A stretch of 64,000 nucleotides of DNA, taken from Candidatus Altiarchaeota archaeon (lineage in GTDB: Archaea > Altiarchaeota > Altiarchaeia > IMC4 > QMZM01). Of the stretch, positions 48,251 to 57,794 are shown piece by piece. Position numbers and translations under genes: made by a program. The DNA lies in the NCBI GenBank assembly GCA_038891095.1, contig JAWAEV010000001.1:297292-361291 (forward strand). Reading direction: 5' to 3'. Below the pieces are notes generated by a model. The model was not told the DNA's origin and ran no database searches. It saw only the letters and a program-made list of their open reading frames with translations. Numbering within the stretch: position 1 is the first letter of the stretch; every line of letters begins with the position of its first letter.

Positions 48251-48901
48251 ATGCATTTTCAACAATTAAGTATTAATGGTGAAGACTTTATTGGTTTATT
48301 TGGATTAGCAACTGACAGCTATGCTTTACTCTCTGTAAATTTTCCAAAAATTTTTGTTTTAGATGTCCCAGAAATTAGGACAAAAATTTATGGTAGTGGT
48401 CTAATAGGGCTTTTTTGCGCTGGTAATTCTAATGGTTTGTTATTGCCATACTTTGTATCAAGGGAAAATTTATCATTTTTCAAAAAATCTCTGAAAGATG
48501 TAAATATAGCTCTTCTAAATTCTGAGTATACTGCAATTGGAAATTTAATTGCCTGTAATGATAAAGCAGCAATTGTTAGTGATAGACTTGACAAGAAAGA
48601 TATTGATTTAATTTCAAATGTGCTAAATGTTGAGGTTTTTCAGAGAAAAATTTCTGAGCATAGTGAAGTTGGCTCTTGTTGTGTTGCTACAAATAAGGGC
48701 TTTATTGCTCATTGGAACGCTGAGAATGAAATAAAAGAGCTAGAAGAAATTTTTAAGGTCCCTGGAAGTGTTAGTACTGTAAATTTTGGTTTTCCATTCC
48801 CAAGAGCAGGGATAATAGCAAATTCTAATGGCTATATAGTAGGTAAAACCACATCTGGAATTGAGTTAGGTCGCATAGATGAAGCCTTAGGTTTTTTGTA
48901 G
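48251..48901 (+). CDS. eif6: Translation initiation factor 6 (aIF6)
   Basis: About 217 aa from MHFQQLSINGEDFIGLFGLATDSYALL. Pentein-repeat family. Conserved neighbour of rpl31e. Confidence 0.85.
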   Translation: MHFQQLSINGEDFIGLFGLATDSYALLSVNFPKIFVLDVPEIRTKIYGSGLIGLFCAGNSNGLLLPYFVSRENLSFFKKSLKDVNIALLNSEYTAIGNLIACNDKAAIVSDRLDKKDIDLISNVLNVEVFQRKISEHSEVGSCCVATNKGFIAHWNAENEIKELEEIFKVPGSVSTVNFGFPFPRAGIIANSNGYIVGKTTSGIELGRIDEALGFL

Positions 48902-48906
48902 ATGAA

Positions 48907-49998
48907 ATGCAAAAAACTGGAATAGCAAACTTACCATTGCATTATGGAAAAGCTCCAAAATGGCTTTTTCAAAGGATGGTAGAACTCTCTGCGAAAATTT
49001 CCGAAATTATAATCTATGAATATTCACAAGAAGAATTTTTAAAAAGACTTTCGGATCCTTACTGGTTTCAGGCATTTTCTTGTGTTTTGGGTTATGACTG
49101 GCACAGCTCTGGAACAACTACTGTGACATGTGGTGCACTAAAAGAAGCACTTAAAAAAGAAAATTTAGGAGTTGCTGTCTGCGGAGGAAAAGGAAAGGTA
49201 TCAAGAAAAACTCCTGATGAAATAATTTTAAATGCAGAAAATTTTTCATTATCTACAGAAAAAATAGATAAGTTAAAATATGCAAGTAAAATGGCTGCAA
49301 AAGTTGATAACTGTTGCATTCAAGATTGCTATCAACTTTATCATCATTCATTTTTCTTTGATGAAAAAGGAAATTGGGCTGTTGTTCAGCAAGGTATGAA
49401 TGATAACTTTGCAAGAAGATATCATTGGCTTTCTTCTGACTTAGGTAGCTTTGTAAATGAGCCTCATACTGCTATATGCTGTGAAAGAAAAGAAAAAGAT
49501 GTGTTAGATATGACTGCCAAAAACTCTGAAGAAGCAAGAAAAATTTCTGTTGATCTTGTTAATGAAAATCCGGAGAAATTACTAAAATTTTCAGGAAAAC
49601 AAAAAACTCTTTCTTGCTATGAAGAACTTACAATGCCTCGTCATCACGAAATTTATAGAATTGATCTAAAAAAGCAAGATATTGAAGCCTTAAAGAAAGC
49701 TTATGAAATTCAACCAAAAAATTATGAAGAGCTAGTTTCATTGCAAGGGATTGGAGCTAAAAGAATTAGAGCTCTTGCGTTAATCTCAGAATTGATTTAT
49801 GGTGCTAAGCCATCATGGCAAGATCCTGTGAAATTTTCATTTTCGCATGGCGGAAAAGATGGCTCTCCTTTCCCAGTAAAGAGAAAAATTTATGATAAGT
49901 CAATCTCAACTTTAAAAGAAGCAATAGAGCAAGCAAAAATTGGGAATAAGGAAAAACTCTATGCTATAAAAAGACTAAATGAATTTTTACATTGCTGA
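48907..49998 (+). CDS. Conserved hypothetical protein with C-terminal helix-hairpin-helix (LVSLQGIGAKRIRALALI)
   Basis: 363 aa. The HhH motif suggests nucleic-acid binding. No catalytic motif recognised. Confidence 0.3.
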   Translation: MQKTGIANLPLHYGKAPKWLFQRMVELSAKISEIIIYEYSQEEFLKRLSDPYWFQAFSCVLGYDWHSSGTTTVTCGALKEALKKENLGVAVCGGKGKVSRKTPDEIILNAENFSLSTEKIDKLKYASKMAAKVDNCCIQDCYQLYHHSFFFDEKGNWAVVQQGMNDNFARRYHWLSSDLGSFVNEPHTAICCERKEKDVLDMTAKNSEEARKISVDLVNENPEKLLKFSGKQKTLSCYEELTMPRHHEIYRIDLKKQDIEALKKAYEIQPKNYEELVSLQGIGAKRIRALALISELIYGAKPSWQDPVKFSFSHGGKDGSPFPVKRKIYDKSISTLKEAIEQAKIGNKEKLYAIKRLNEFLHC

Positions 49999-50253
49999 CT
50001 ATTCTAAAATTTTGTAAACAACATCATTTGGTCTGACTCTTTCATTTACTTTAATACCAATTTCTTGTCCGGCTTTTGCTACTTGGACTGGATTTCTTTC
50101 AATTTGCATCGACTCAACAACTTGCTCTATATTAGTTGTATGCCCCTCAATTGAAATTTTATCCCCAACTCTAAGCTCTTCTTCAAGTTTTATCCCAGCA
50201 ACTCCAACTTTGGAAAAATATGTAAAAACAACTCCAACTCTTTTCTTTTCCAT
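49999..50253 (-). CDS. Small beta-barrel protein resembling translation-factor domain 2 (EFTu-D2-like), tentative
   Basis: About 84 aa from MEKKRVGVVFTYF. GDKISIEGHTT...VAKAGQEIGIKV resembles the PF03144 barrel. Confidence 0.3.
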   Translation of the reverse strand: MEKKRVGVVFTYFSKVGVAGIKLEEELRVGDKISIEGHTTNIEQVVESMQIERNPVQVAKAGQEIGIKVNERVRPNDVVYKILE

Positions 50254-50300
50254 TTTTATTTTTAATTTGTTATAGTTAAAATAGGGATAGAAAATATAAA

Positions 50301-50570
50301 ATGCAAATTGAAATTGCAGATATATTAAATTTTGTTTATTTAATTTATAACGCCCTCCGCAAAGGAATTCAATTAATTCTTGAAGAAACAATAATAAAGG
50401 CTTCTCCTAAATTAGCAGAAAAATATGCAGACGCTCTCTCATTGTTAATAACAATAACTGCAATTTGGCTCATAATAGAATTCTCAACAAGTTTGAAGAA
50501 TATTGTAAAGGCGGTTGTTATTTTTGGTTGGATTTTACTTATAATTAGTATTGCAATAAGTATTTTTTAA
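50301..50570 (+). CDS. Small membrane protein (2 TM), unknown
   Basis: 89 aa, hydrophobic C-terminal half. Confidence 0.25.
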   Translation: MQIEIADILNFVYLIYNALRKGIQLILEETIIKASPKLAEKYADALSLLITITAIWLIIEFSTSLKNIVKAVVIFGWILLIISIAISIF

Positions 50571-50902
50571 ATTTAGCACCTCGATATATTTTTTGACCCA
50601 TCTATTCAAAGACTTAAAACATTTTATCAGTTCTTTTCCTGAGATTGTTAAAGAGTACTCGACTCGGGAATCCTATTAAAACCTCTCTAAAAGATTTCCA
50701 TTTCTTTCCTAAAATTTTTATTATATTAGTTAGAGGGCATGTTTTTTCCATCTTTGTTATTTTTCTTTTTTTGAGATATTTTCATGATATATGCTCTTCA
50801 TTTTTTGTTGTTAATATTTAAGTATACATTATATATTTACTTTAAAAAGGTAATTAACAATACTATAAAAAGTTACTATTAGGTATTAGGGGGAATTAAA
50901 AA

Positions 50903-51307
50903 ATGGGAACAGGAAATTTGATAAAAGGAATTTTGGTATTTGCAGTTGTTATAATTGTTGGATTAGGTATTTGGTTTTTTGTTATAAACACAGGAAACAC
51001 TTCAAAAACATCTCCTCCCGAAACAGACCTTAGTGAAGTGAAATTCTACACTTTGCAAGATGTCTCAAAGCATAACACGAAGGAAGATTGTTGGATGGTG
51101 ATTGATAAGAGGGTATATGATGTCACAAATTTTATTGCTCTTGGGAAGCATGGTCCTGCAATACTAGAAGGCTGCGGAAAAGATGCAACTAAATTATTTA
51201 ACAGTAGGACAAGGGATGATGGAACAAAAATTGGTTCTGGAACACCACACTCAGAAACTGCAAGAAATCTCACAAGAAATTATTACATTGGAAACTTGAA
51301 AGAATAG
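50903..51307 (+). CDS. Membrane-anchored cytochrome b5-like heme-binding domain protein
   Basis: 134 aa. N-terminal TM helix, then FYTLQDVSKHNTKEDCWMVIDKRVYDVTNF...GKHGPAILEGCGKDATKLF...GTPHSETARNL..YYIGNL. The cyt b5 fold pattern has both axial His positions present (KHG in place of HPGG, and the HS motif). Confidence 0.55.
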   Translation: MGTGNLIKGILVFAVVIIVGLGIWFFVINTGNTSKTSPPETDLSEVKFYTLQDVSKHNTKEDCWMVIDKRVYDVTNFIALGKHGPAILEGCGKDATKLFNSRTRDDGTKIGSGTPHSETARNLTRNYYIGNLKE

Positions 51308-51335
51308 ATGGAAAGAATATGATATTTTTTATACA

Positions 51336-52658
51336 ATGAAAAGAGAGGATAAAAACAAAATAGTAAAAACAATCATATTTGTTTCCATATCTTTTTCTCT
51401 ATTTTTTATTTTTTATACTGTTTTTGCCCATACAAATTCCAGTAGGGTCTCAGCAAACTATTTTTTGTATTTAATGGGAAGATTAATGGGCCTTATCAGT
51501 TTTCTTTTTTTGTCTATTCTTATAATTTCTGGTGACACAGCAAGATTCTTTGATAGATTTTTTGGGATGGATAGGATAATAAAATTTCAGAGAAAATTTT
51601 CTTTGATAATTTGTATATTTGTTGTACTGCATCCTGTATTTTTTATTGCAGCAGAGAGTGTACCTGCTCTTGATTATCTGCTGCCAAACTTCTCAGTACT
51701 TCCTTTAGCTTTGGGCACATTGTCTTTTTATATTTTTATTGTTATACTGATAGCATCAAGACTATATAAGAGAATATCATATGATGGATGGCAATATCTC
51801 CATGTTCTGACATATATTCTTTTCTTTTTCGTTTTGTATCATGCTGTAAATATTGGTTCTTCTTACAATTCCTCGGCACTTGTAAAAACAATTTATTTTT
51901 TCATGTTGATTTTTGTGTTGATAGGTATAGTATATAGAACAAATTATAAGCTCAAGCAAAGAGGTTTGAAATTTTTTGTTAAAAATATTGAATGGGAAAC
52001 AAAAGACGCTTTTACTTTAACTTTAAAGCCAAACAAACAATTTTCATTCAAAGCAGGACAATTTTGTTTTTTGAGACTGAAAAAAGATAAGTTGTATGCA
52101 AGACATCCATTTACAATATCTAGCTCTCCAAAGGAAGAAAATTTGAGCTTTACAATGAAGTTGACAGGTAGATTTACAAAAGCGGCTTCGGAGTTAAAAA
52201 AAGGGGAAGAAGTTATTGTAGACGGTCCTTTTGGTATATTCACAATTGAAGATCATGAAAAAGACTTAGTATTCATTGCAGGCGGTGTTGGAATTGCTCC
52301 TTTTATGAGTATGATAAAAAATCAACTTGAGAGTGAGAAAAAACAGAACGTCCTTTTGTTGTATGGCTCAAAAACGAAAGACGATATAATATTCAAAAAA
52401 CAATTGGATAGTGTAAAAAAGGTTTGGTTTAAGAAAGTGTATGTGTTGGATAAAGTTGATAGTAATGATACTTCTACAGAAAAATTTGAAAAAGGGCCTA
52501 TAAGAAAAGAAATGATAGAAAGTTATGTTAAAGATGTGAAAAATTCATTGTTTTACATTTGTGGTCCAGAACCTATGAAGGAATATGTGAAAAAAATATT
52601 GCTATCCGAACTAAAAGTCAGTAAAAATAACATAAGGATTGAAAGTTTCTTTTGGTGA
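51336..52658 (+). CDS. NOX/ferric-reductase-like flavocytochrome (FRD transmembrane di-heme domain plus FAD/NAD(P)-binding FNR-like domain)
   Basis: 440 aa. The TM region has paired His (HPVFF..., YLHVLTYILFFFVLYHAV). FAD motif RHPFTISSSP, NAD motif VFIAGGVGIAPF, C-terminal ICGPEPM. Confidence 0.7.
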   Translation: MKREDKNKIVKTIIFVSISFSLFFIFYTVFAHTNSSRVSANYFLYLMGRLMGLISFLFLSILIISGDTARFFDRFFGMDRIIKFQRKFSLIICIFVVLHPVFFIAAESVPALDYLLPNFSVLPLALGTLSFYIFIVILIASRLYKRISYDGWQYLHVLTYILFFFVLYHAVNIGSSYNSSALVKTIYFFMLIFVLIGIVYRTNYKLKQRGLKFFVKNIEWETKDAFTLTLKPNKQFSFKAGQFCFLRLKKDKLYARHPFTISSSPKEENLSFTMKLTGRFTKAASELKKGEEVIVDGPFGIFTIEDHEKDLVFIAGGVGIAPFMSMIKNQLESEKKQNVLLLYGSKTKDDIIFKKQLDSVKKVWFKKVYVLDKVDSNDTSTEKFEKGPIRKEMIESYVKDVKNSLFYICGPEPMKEYVKKILLSELKVSKNNIRIESFFW

Positions 52659-52675
52659 GTTCCATATCTTAAAAA

Positions 52676-53194
52676 TCATTTACTTGAATGTAAAGATTTG
52701 ATTCGCTCCTCGCCATTTATCTTTTCTATGACTTCTAATGTTCCTTTTGGAACTAAATTTTTCCATTTTCTTCCTGATATGATTCTTTTTCTTATCTCTG
52801 TGCCAGAATAGTTCTTTCTGTTGAAAAGAGGAGTTGTTCTAACCTCGTAATTTCTATCTTTGAATAGTCTTTTTTCTAATTTTCCATTTGTGTAAACAAC
52901 ATCAAATTTTCCAACAATTTTCTCGACATGAGAGACCCATTTTTTGTCATCTCCAATGTCTGGAATTTCGAAAATTTCATAAGGAATAGAGATATTTCCT
53001 CGCAATGATTTTTCAATCATCTCCCCTCTCTCAAAAGCTGAGAAAGGATTTTCTTCTGTATTTTTAAATTGCGAACTACCTATACCAATTTTTATCTTTA
53101 TTATATCTTTTGAATTTGATGCTTTTTTTATCAACATTAAATGTCCTAAGTGAAATGGTTGAAACCTTCCTATGATCAATGCTATTTTTTTCAT
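52676..53194 (-). CDS. nadM: Nicotinamide-nucleotide adenylyltransferase (archaeal NadM type)
   Basis: About 173 aa from MKKIALIIGRFQPFHLGHL, the (H/T)xGH nucleotidyltransferase motif in its archaeal NMNAT context. The longer ORF adds a Cys-rich non-homologous leader. Confidence 0.85.
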   Translation of the reverse strand: MKKIALIIGRFQPFHLGHLMLIKKASNSKDIIKIKIGIGSSQFKNTEENPFSAFERGEMIEKSLRGNISIPYEIFEIPDIGDDKKWVSHVEKIVGKFDVVYTNGKLEKRLFKDRNYEVRTTPLFNRKNYSGTEIRKRIISGRKWKNLVPKGTLEVIEKINGEERIKSLHSSK

Positions 53195-53284
53195 ACAATT
53201 TAACTTCTGAATATTATATATAAGTGAGATTCCGGAGAAAATTAATTGGAAGCACTCGTTTTTAGGTATATAAAAACACTTAAG

Positions 53285-54799
53285 ATGGAAATTGGTCAAG
53301 TAATTGGAGCAACAACATTGAGAGCATTTCGCTTTGTTATAAAAGAGGGCCAAGAAAAATATGCTAAGAGAGATGAATTTGTTTCTGTAAAAGAATCCGT
53401 AACTGGAAAGGAAGTTTTAGGTGTAATAAAAGAGATCACAATCTCAAATGAACTCTTGCCGGAAGAATTTGGTAGAGATTTAAGGTTGGAGGAAATTGCT
53501 CTTAATGAGGGCGAGTATCCTGTGCCAACAGTCAAAATTCTTGGCTATGAGGAAGATGGTAGCATAGAGCTTCCAAGATATGGTATTAAGCCTGGAACAA
53601 GCGTTGAATTAGCAAGTGATGAAACTCTGAGAAAAATTTTAAGGCAAAATGAAAAAAAATCTGCATTTATTGGCACTTTATCAACAAGAAAGTCTGTGCC
53701 AGTTTACATTTCACTGAATGATATGATCTCAAGACATTGCGCAATTCTTGCGATGACAGGAGCTGGAAAAAGTTACACTGTTGGTGTTATCATTGAAGAA
53801 ATAATGAAAAAGAAGGGCTCAGTGATTGTTGTTGATCCTCATGGTGAATATAAAAATATAAAAATTGAAGGTTCAAAAACAAAAGTCTATAACATTAAAG
53901 GTGAGAATAAGATAAAGGTTGAGGCTTCTTCTCTAAGAATAGGTGATTTTTCAAATTTAATTCCAGACATTACTGATCCTCAAAGAGACCTCTTAGATGA
54001 AATACTTAGCAGAATTTCAAAATTCTATGAAAAATTTAATTTAGATGCAATCATAAAAATTTTAAATTTGCTTTATGATATTAAGGAGGGCCTACCCTCT
54101 TCTGGAGAGGAGATAATTCCTGATAGGGGACTTAAAGATTTAGCAAAAAAAGTTTCTACTGCGACGATTGGAGCATTACTTAGGAGAGTTGAAAGGTTAA
54201 GAAGAATGGAAATTTTTGATGTAGAAGGCACAGCAATTGAAGAAATTGTTGCAAGAAATCAATTAACTGTTTTAGATCTTTCTGATGCAGATGAGAGAGT
54301 TTCTGAGACAATAGTTGCATCTATTGCAAGAAAAATTTTTGATATGCGAAGGAGATATGTTAAGGATAATGAAGGTGGTTTGGATATACCAACTTTTCTA
54401 ATAATTGAGGAAGCACATAATTTTGCTCCAAGAGTTACTGAAGAGAGAGAGGTTTTATCAAAGTATGTATTGAGAAAAATTGCAAGAGAAGGAAGAAAAT
54501 TTGGCGTAGGCCTTTGTATAGTCTCACAGCGTCCTGGGAAATTAGATTCTGACATTCTTTCCCAATGTAACACACAGATAATAATGAAAATTGTAAATCC
54601 TTCTGATCAGGAATATATAAGGCAATCTGTAGAGAGTGTAACAGAAGATATAGTTAGAGATTTACCTTCTTTGGCAAGAGGGGAAGCAATAATTGTTGGC
54701 TCTGCAATAAAATTGCCAGTGACTGTTAAAATAAGAAAAAGAGAGACTGAAGTTTTGGGTAATGATATTGATATAGTTGATGCTTGGAGTAAAGAATGA
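53285..54799 (+). CDS. herA: HerA-like ATPase (COG0433; HAS-barrel plus FtsK/HerA P-loop domain)
   Basis: About 505 aa from MEIGQVIGATTLRAFRFV (HAS-barrel-like N-terminus). Walker A AILAMTGAGKSYTVGV, Walker B LIIEEAHNF, C-terminal VSQRPGKLD arginine-finger region. Confidence 0.7.
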   Translation: MEIGQVIGATTLRAFRFVIKEGQEKYAKRDEFVSVKESVTGKEVLGVIKEITISNELLPEEFGRDLRLEEIALNEGEYPVPTVKILGYEEDGSIELPRYGIKPGTSVELASDETLRKILRQNEKKSAFIGTLSTRKSVPVYISLNDMISRHCAILAMTGAGKSYTVGVIIEEIMKKKGSVIVVDPHGEYKNIKIEGSKTKVYNIKGENKIKVEASSLRIGDFSNLIPDITDPQRDLLDEILSRISKFYEKFNLDAIIKILNLLYDIKEGLPSSGEEIIPDRGLKDLAKKVSTATIGALLRRVERLRRMEIFDVEGTAIEEIVARNQLTVLDLSDADERVSETIVASIARKIFDMRRRYVKDNEGGLDIPTFLIIEEAHNFAPRVTEEREVLSKYVLRKIAREGRKFGVGLCIVSQRPGKLDSDILSQCNTQIIMKIVNPSDQEYIRQSVESVTEDIVRDLPSLARGEAIIVGSAIKLPVTVKIRKRETEVLGNDIDIVDAWSKE

Positions 54800-55077
54800 A
54801 CTATATTTCTAAATTTAAAAGTAAAACCAACTTACTAAGTAGGAACATAGAAAAGATCTTCGATATAGTTCTAGTTACTCCTACTTTTATCATTTAGAAA
54901 TTTCTTTTTCTTTTGTGAATGAAAGCACTTTATTTTTTAAAAAAAAGGCTTCTAATGATAAAAAATTAAGAATGTAATGCGCTTATATCTCAAGTAAAAA
55001 GATATAAAGAAGGGATAGCGTTAGTGATCTCTATTTCTTTCCCTCAATTTTCTCTATTTAAAAAGAAATAGAAAGTT

Positions 55078-55165
55078 CGCCGAGGTTGGGATTTGAACCC
55101 AAGCCCCCCAGTTGGAGGACAAGCTCTCAAGGCTTGCGCGTTAGTCCGAACTCCGCCACCTCGGC
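55078..55165 (-). tRNA. tRNA-Ser (anticodon UGA), class II tRNA with long variable arm and G73 discriminator
   Basis: The reverse complement folds with acceptor GCCGAGG paired to CCTCGGC, anticodon stem CAAGC/GCTTG with loop CTTGAGA (anticodon TGA), a long variable arm (CCTCCAACTGGGGGG), T-arm CTTGGG-TTCAAAT-CCCAAC and discriminator G. The long arm plus G73 fit Ser identity. Confidence 0.8.
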
Positions 55166-55235
55166 ATTTAAACTTATGACTACATTAAAAAATCAAACTT
55201 CAATTTAATATTATGAAATTATATGAAAATATGAA

Positions 55236-55868
55236 ATGATTTCAGAGATAATAAATAACTCGCTCTCTTCGAATACATATATTTTGTTTGATGAAAAAAC
55301 AGCAATAATTGATCCAGGAATTTCAGAGAAAAAATTGTTAGGTAAAATTAATGAAACAGCTGTGAGTTATATAATTTTAACACATTGTCATTATGACCAT
55401 ATCGCTTGTGCAAAAAAATTAAAAGAAATTACAAATGCAAAAGTTTTAGCTCATTACTTCTCTGAGGAAATTTTTAGAAGTTCTCTCAGGAAAAAAATTA
55501 TACTTTCCGAACTTTTTAGTGCAGAGGATATTAAACTTGAAATTGACATAAAATTGAAAGAAGGTGACGAAATAAATTTAGGTTATATGAAATTAAAAAT
55601 TCTTCATACTCCAGGACATACAAAAGATAGCATTTGCCTCTATGAAGAAAAAACAAAGTCATTATTTTCTGGAGATACTGTCTTTAAAGACAGTATCGGT
55701 AGAGCGGACTTTCCAACTGGTAATTTTAAAGAGCTTAAAATTTCAATAGAAAAATTGATTAATTTAGATGAAAATTGTGGCATAGAAAAAATTTATCCCG
55801 GACATGGAGAAACTTTCACTTCCAGAGATATAAAAGAAATTTACAAATACTTTTTCAAAGATGGTTAG
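55236..55868 (+). CDS. MBL-fold metallo-hydrolase (hydroxyacylglutathione hydrolase-like)
   Basis: 210 aa. HCHYDH (HxHxDH), HTPGHT and D/H in later motifs. Confidence 0.75.
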   Translation: MISEIINNSLSSNTYILFDEKTAIIDPGISEKKLLGKINETAVSYIILTHCHYDHIACAKKLKEITNAKVLAHYFSEEIFRSSLRKKIILSELFSAEDIKLEIDIKLKEGDEINLGYMKLKILHTPGHTKDSICLYEEKTKSLFSGDTVFKDSIGRADFPTGNFKELKISIEKLINLDENCGIEKIYPGHGETFTSRDIKEIYKYFFKDG

Positions 55869-57573
55869 AATTGCGGTTTTGGATAAGGACAGATGCAATA
55901 GCAAAGATTGTGGATTTCTTTGCATAAAAATTTGCCCAAAAGTTAAAACAGGTAATGAAACTATTGTTGTTGATAAAGAAACAAACAAACCAATAATTTA
56001 TGAGTCATTATGTTCCGGATGTGGAATTTGCGTTAAGAAATGCCCTTATGAAGCAATACAGATAATAAACCTTCCTGAAGAACTTTCAGAACCAGTACAC
56101 CAATATGGAGTTAATGGATTTAGGCTTTATAATTTACCTTCGCCAAGAGAAGGCATTGTCGGAATTCTTGGAAGCAATGGGATTGGAAAAACAACATTGC
56201 TTAGGATTCTTGCTGGTGAAATAAAGCCTAACTTAGGCAAAGAAATTGCAACTTGGGATGAGATTATTGATAAATTTCGTGGCAAGGAAATTCAAGACTA
56301 TCTAAAGAAACTCTCTGAAAAGAAAATAAGAGTTGTGCATAAACCACAATTCGTTGACATTATAGCAAGAAAATTAAAAGGTGAAGTCTCTGAAATTCTA
56401 AGCAAAGTTGATGAAAATTCTAAACTAAATGAAATTGCAGAGAAGCTAAACATGGAAAATTCTCTAAGAAAAAAAATTTCTGAACTTAGTGGTGGTGAGC
56501 TTCAAAAAGTTGCAATTGCAGCTGCACTGCTAAGAGATGCTGATGTTTATCTTTTTGATGAACCTTCTGCTTATCTTGATATAAAAGAAAGATTGAATAT
56601 TGCAAAGGTCATTCGTGAGTTAAATGGAGTAGTTTTTGTTGTTGAGCATGATCTAGTTATTCTTGACTATTTATCAGATTATGTGCATGTTGTTTATGGC
56701 TCACCAAGAGCTTATGGAATTGTCTCAAATATAAAAAGCGTGAGAGTAGGGATAAATGAGTATCTTCTCGGATTTTTAAAGTCAGAAAGAATTCGATTTA
56801 GAGATGAGGTAAAATTTGATGTGACACCAAGAAAAATTAAAAAAGAACTTCTGCCATTAGTTTCATATCCAAAATTATCTAAGAAATATGAAAATTTTGA
56901 GCTAGAAATTTCAGAAGGAGAATTACATATGAAAGAGACTATTGGAATTCTCGGCCAAAATGCAACAGGAAAAACAACATTCATGAAAATTCTTGCATCT
57001 GAAATTGAGCATGAAAATGGAAAACTTGAACTTGGACTTAAAATTGCTTATAAACCACAATACATATCAACATCTGAAAATTTAGTTTCAAATTTGAGTA
57101 TAAAAGAGGAAATAGCACAGCATTTTAATCTAAAATTCCTTATGAATAAAAAAATTTCTGAGCTTAGTGGTGGCGAGCTTCAAAAAGTTGCAATTGCAGA
57201 TTGTCTATCAAAAGATGCAGACATTTACTTGCTTGACGAACCATCTGCTTATCTTGACATTGAAGAGCGCTTAAAACTTTCAAAATATTTAGAAAAATTT
57301 TCAGAAGAAAAATCTGTAGCAATGCTTATAGTTGACCATGATATCTTGCTAATTGACACACTCTCAAATAAGTTGATTATATTCTCAAAGGAATCTCAGA
57401 ATAAAGGTAAGGCCTCTAAACCAATGGAGCTAAGAGATGGTATGAACACTTTTCTCAAGGAAATGAATTTGACATTTAGAAGAGATCCTGAAACAGGAAG
57501 ACCAAGAGCAAATAAACCTGATAGTGTTAAAGACAGAGAGCAGAGAGAAATTGGCGAATATTACTATGTTTAA
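55861..57573 (+). CDS. abcE1: ABCE1 (RNase L inhibitor homolog; ribosome recycling ATPase) with N-terminal 2x[4Fe-4S] domain and twin ABC cassettes
   Basis: 570 aa. N-terminal CNSKDCGFLCIKICP and CSGCGICVKKCP. Two Walker A motifs (GSNGIGKTT, GQNATGKTT), two LSGGELQ signatures, Walker B DEPSAYLD twice. Confidence 0.9.
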   Translation: MVRIAVLDKDRCNSKDCGFLCIKICPKVKTGNETIVVDKETNKPIIYESLCSGCGICVKKCPYEAIQIINLPEELSEPVHQYGVNGFRLYNLPSPREGIVGILGSNGIGKTTLLRILAGEIKPNLGKEIATWDEIIDKFRGKEIQDYLKKLSEKKIRVVHKPQFVDIIARKLKGEVSEILSKVDENSKLNEIAEKLNMENSLRKKISELSGGELQKVAIAAALLRDADVYLFDEPSAYLDIKERLNIAKVIRELNGVVFVVEHDLVILDYLSDYVHVVYGSPRAYGIVSNIKSVRVGINEYLLGFLKSERIRFRDEVKFDVTPRKIKKELLPLVSYPKLSKKYENFELEISEGELHMKETIGILGQNATGKTTFMKILASEIEHENGKLELGLKIAYKPQYISTSENLVSNLSIKEEIAQHFNLKFLMNKKISELSGGELQKVAIADCLSKDADIYLLDEPSAYLDIEERLKLSKYLEKFSEEKSVAMLIVDHDILLIDTLSNKLIIFSKESQNKGKASKPMELRDGMNTFLKEMNLTFRRDPETGRPRANKPDSVKDREQREIGEYYYV

Positions 57574-57794
57574 ATTTCAACTTCAAATCCTTTCTCTTTT
57601 AAAATTCTAATTAATTCTTCTAAATTTTTTCCTTGCTTTTTGATTCCTTGCCTTAATGTTGTTATTCTACCAAGAGTATTTCTCATAACAGGATTTTTTA
57701 CACCTAAAAAACCTCGTTCATAAAGTATTTCAATTAGCTCAGGGTATTGATCTGTGAGTTCAAAAATGCTCTTATCAATACTTATCTTTTTCAT
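57570..57794 (-). CDS. DUF1858-like small protein (hemerythrin/hybrid-cluster-associated domain family, tentative)
   Basis: 74 aa. Distal gene of a three-gene overlapping operon with the DUF438-like and hemerythrin genes. Confidence 0.4.
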   Translation of the reverse strand: MKKISIDKSIFELTDQYPELIEILYERGFLGVKNPVMRNTLGRITTLRQGIKKQGKNLEELIRILKEKGFEVEI

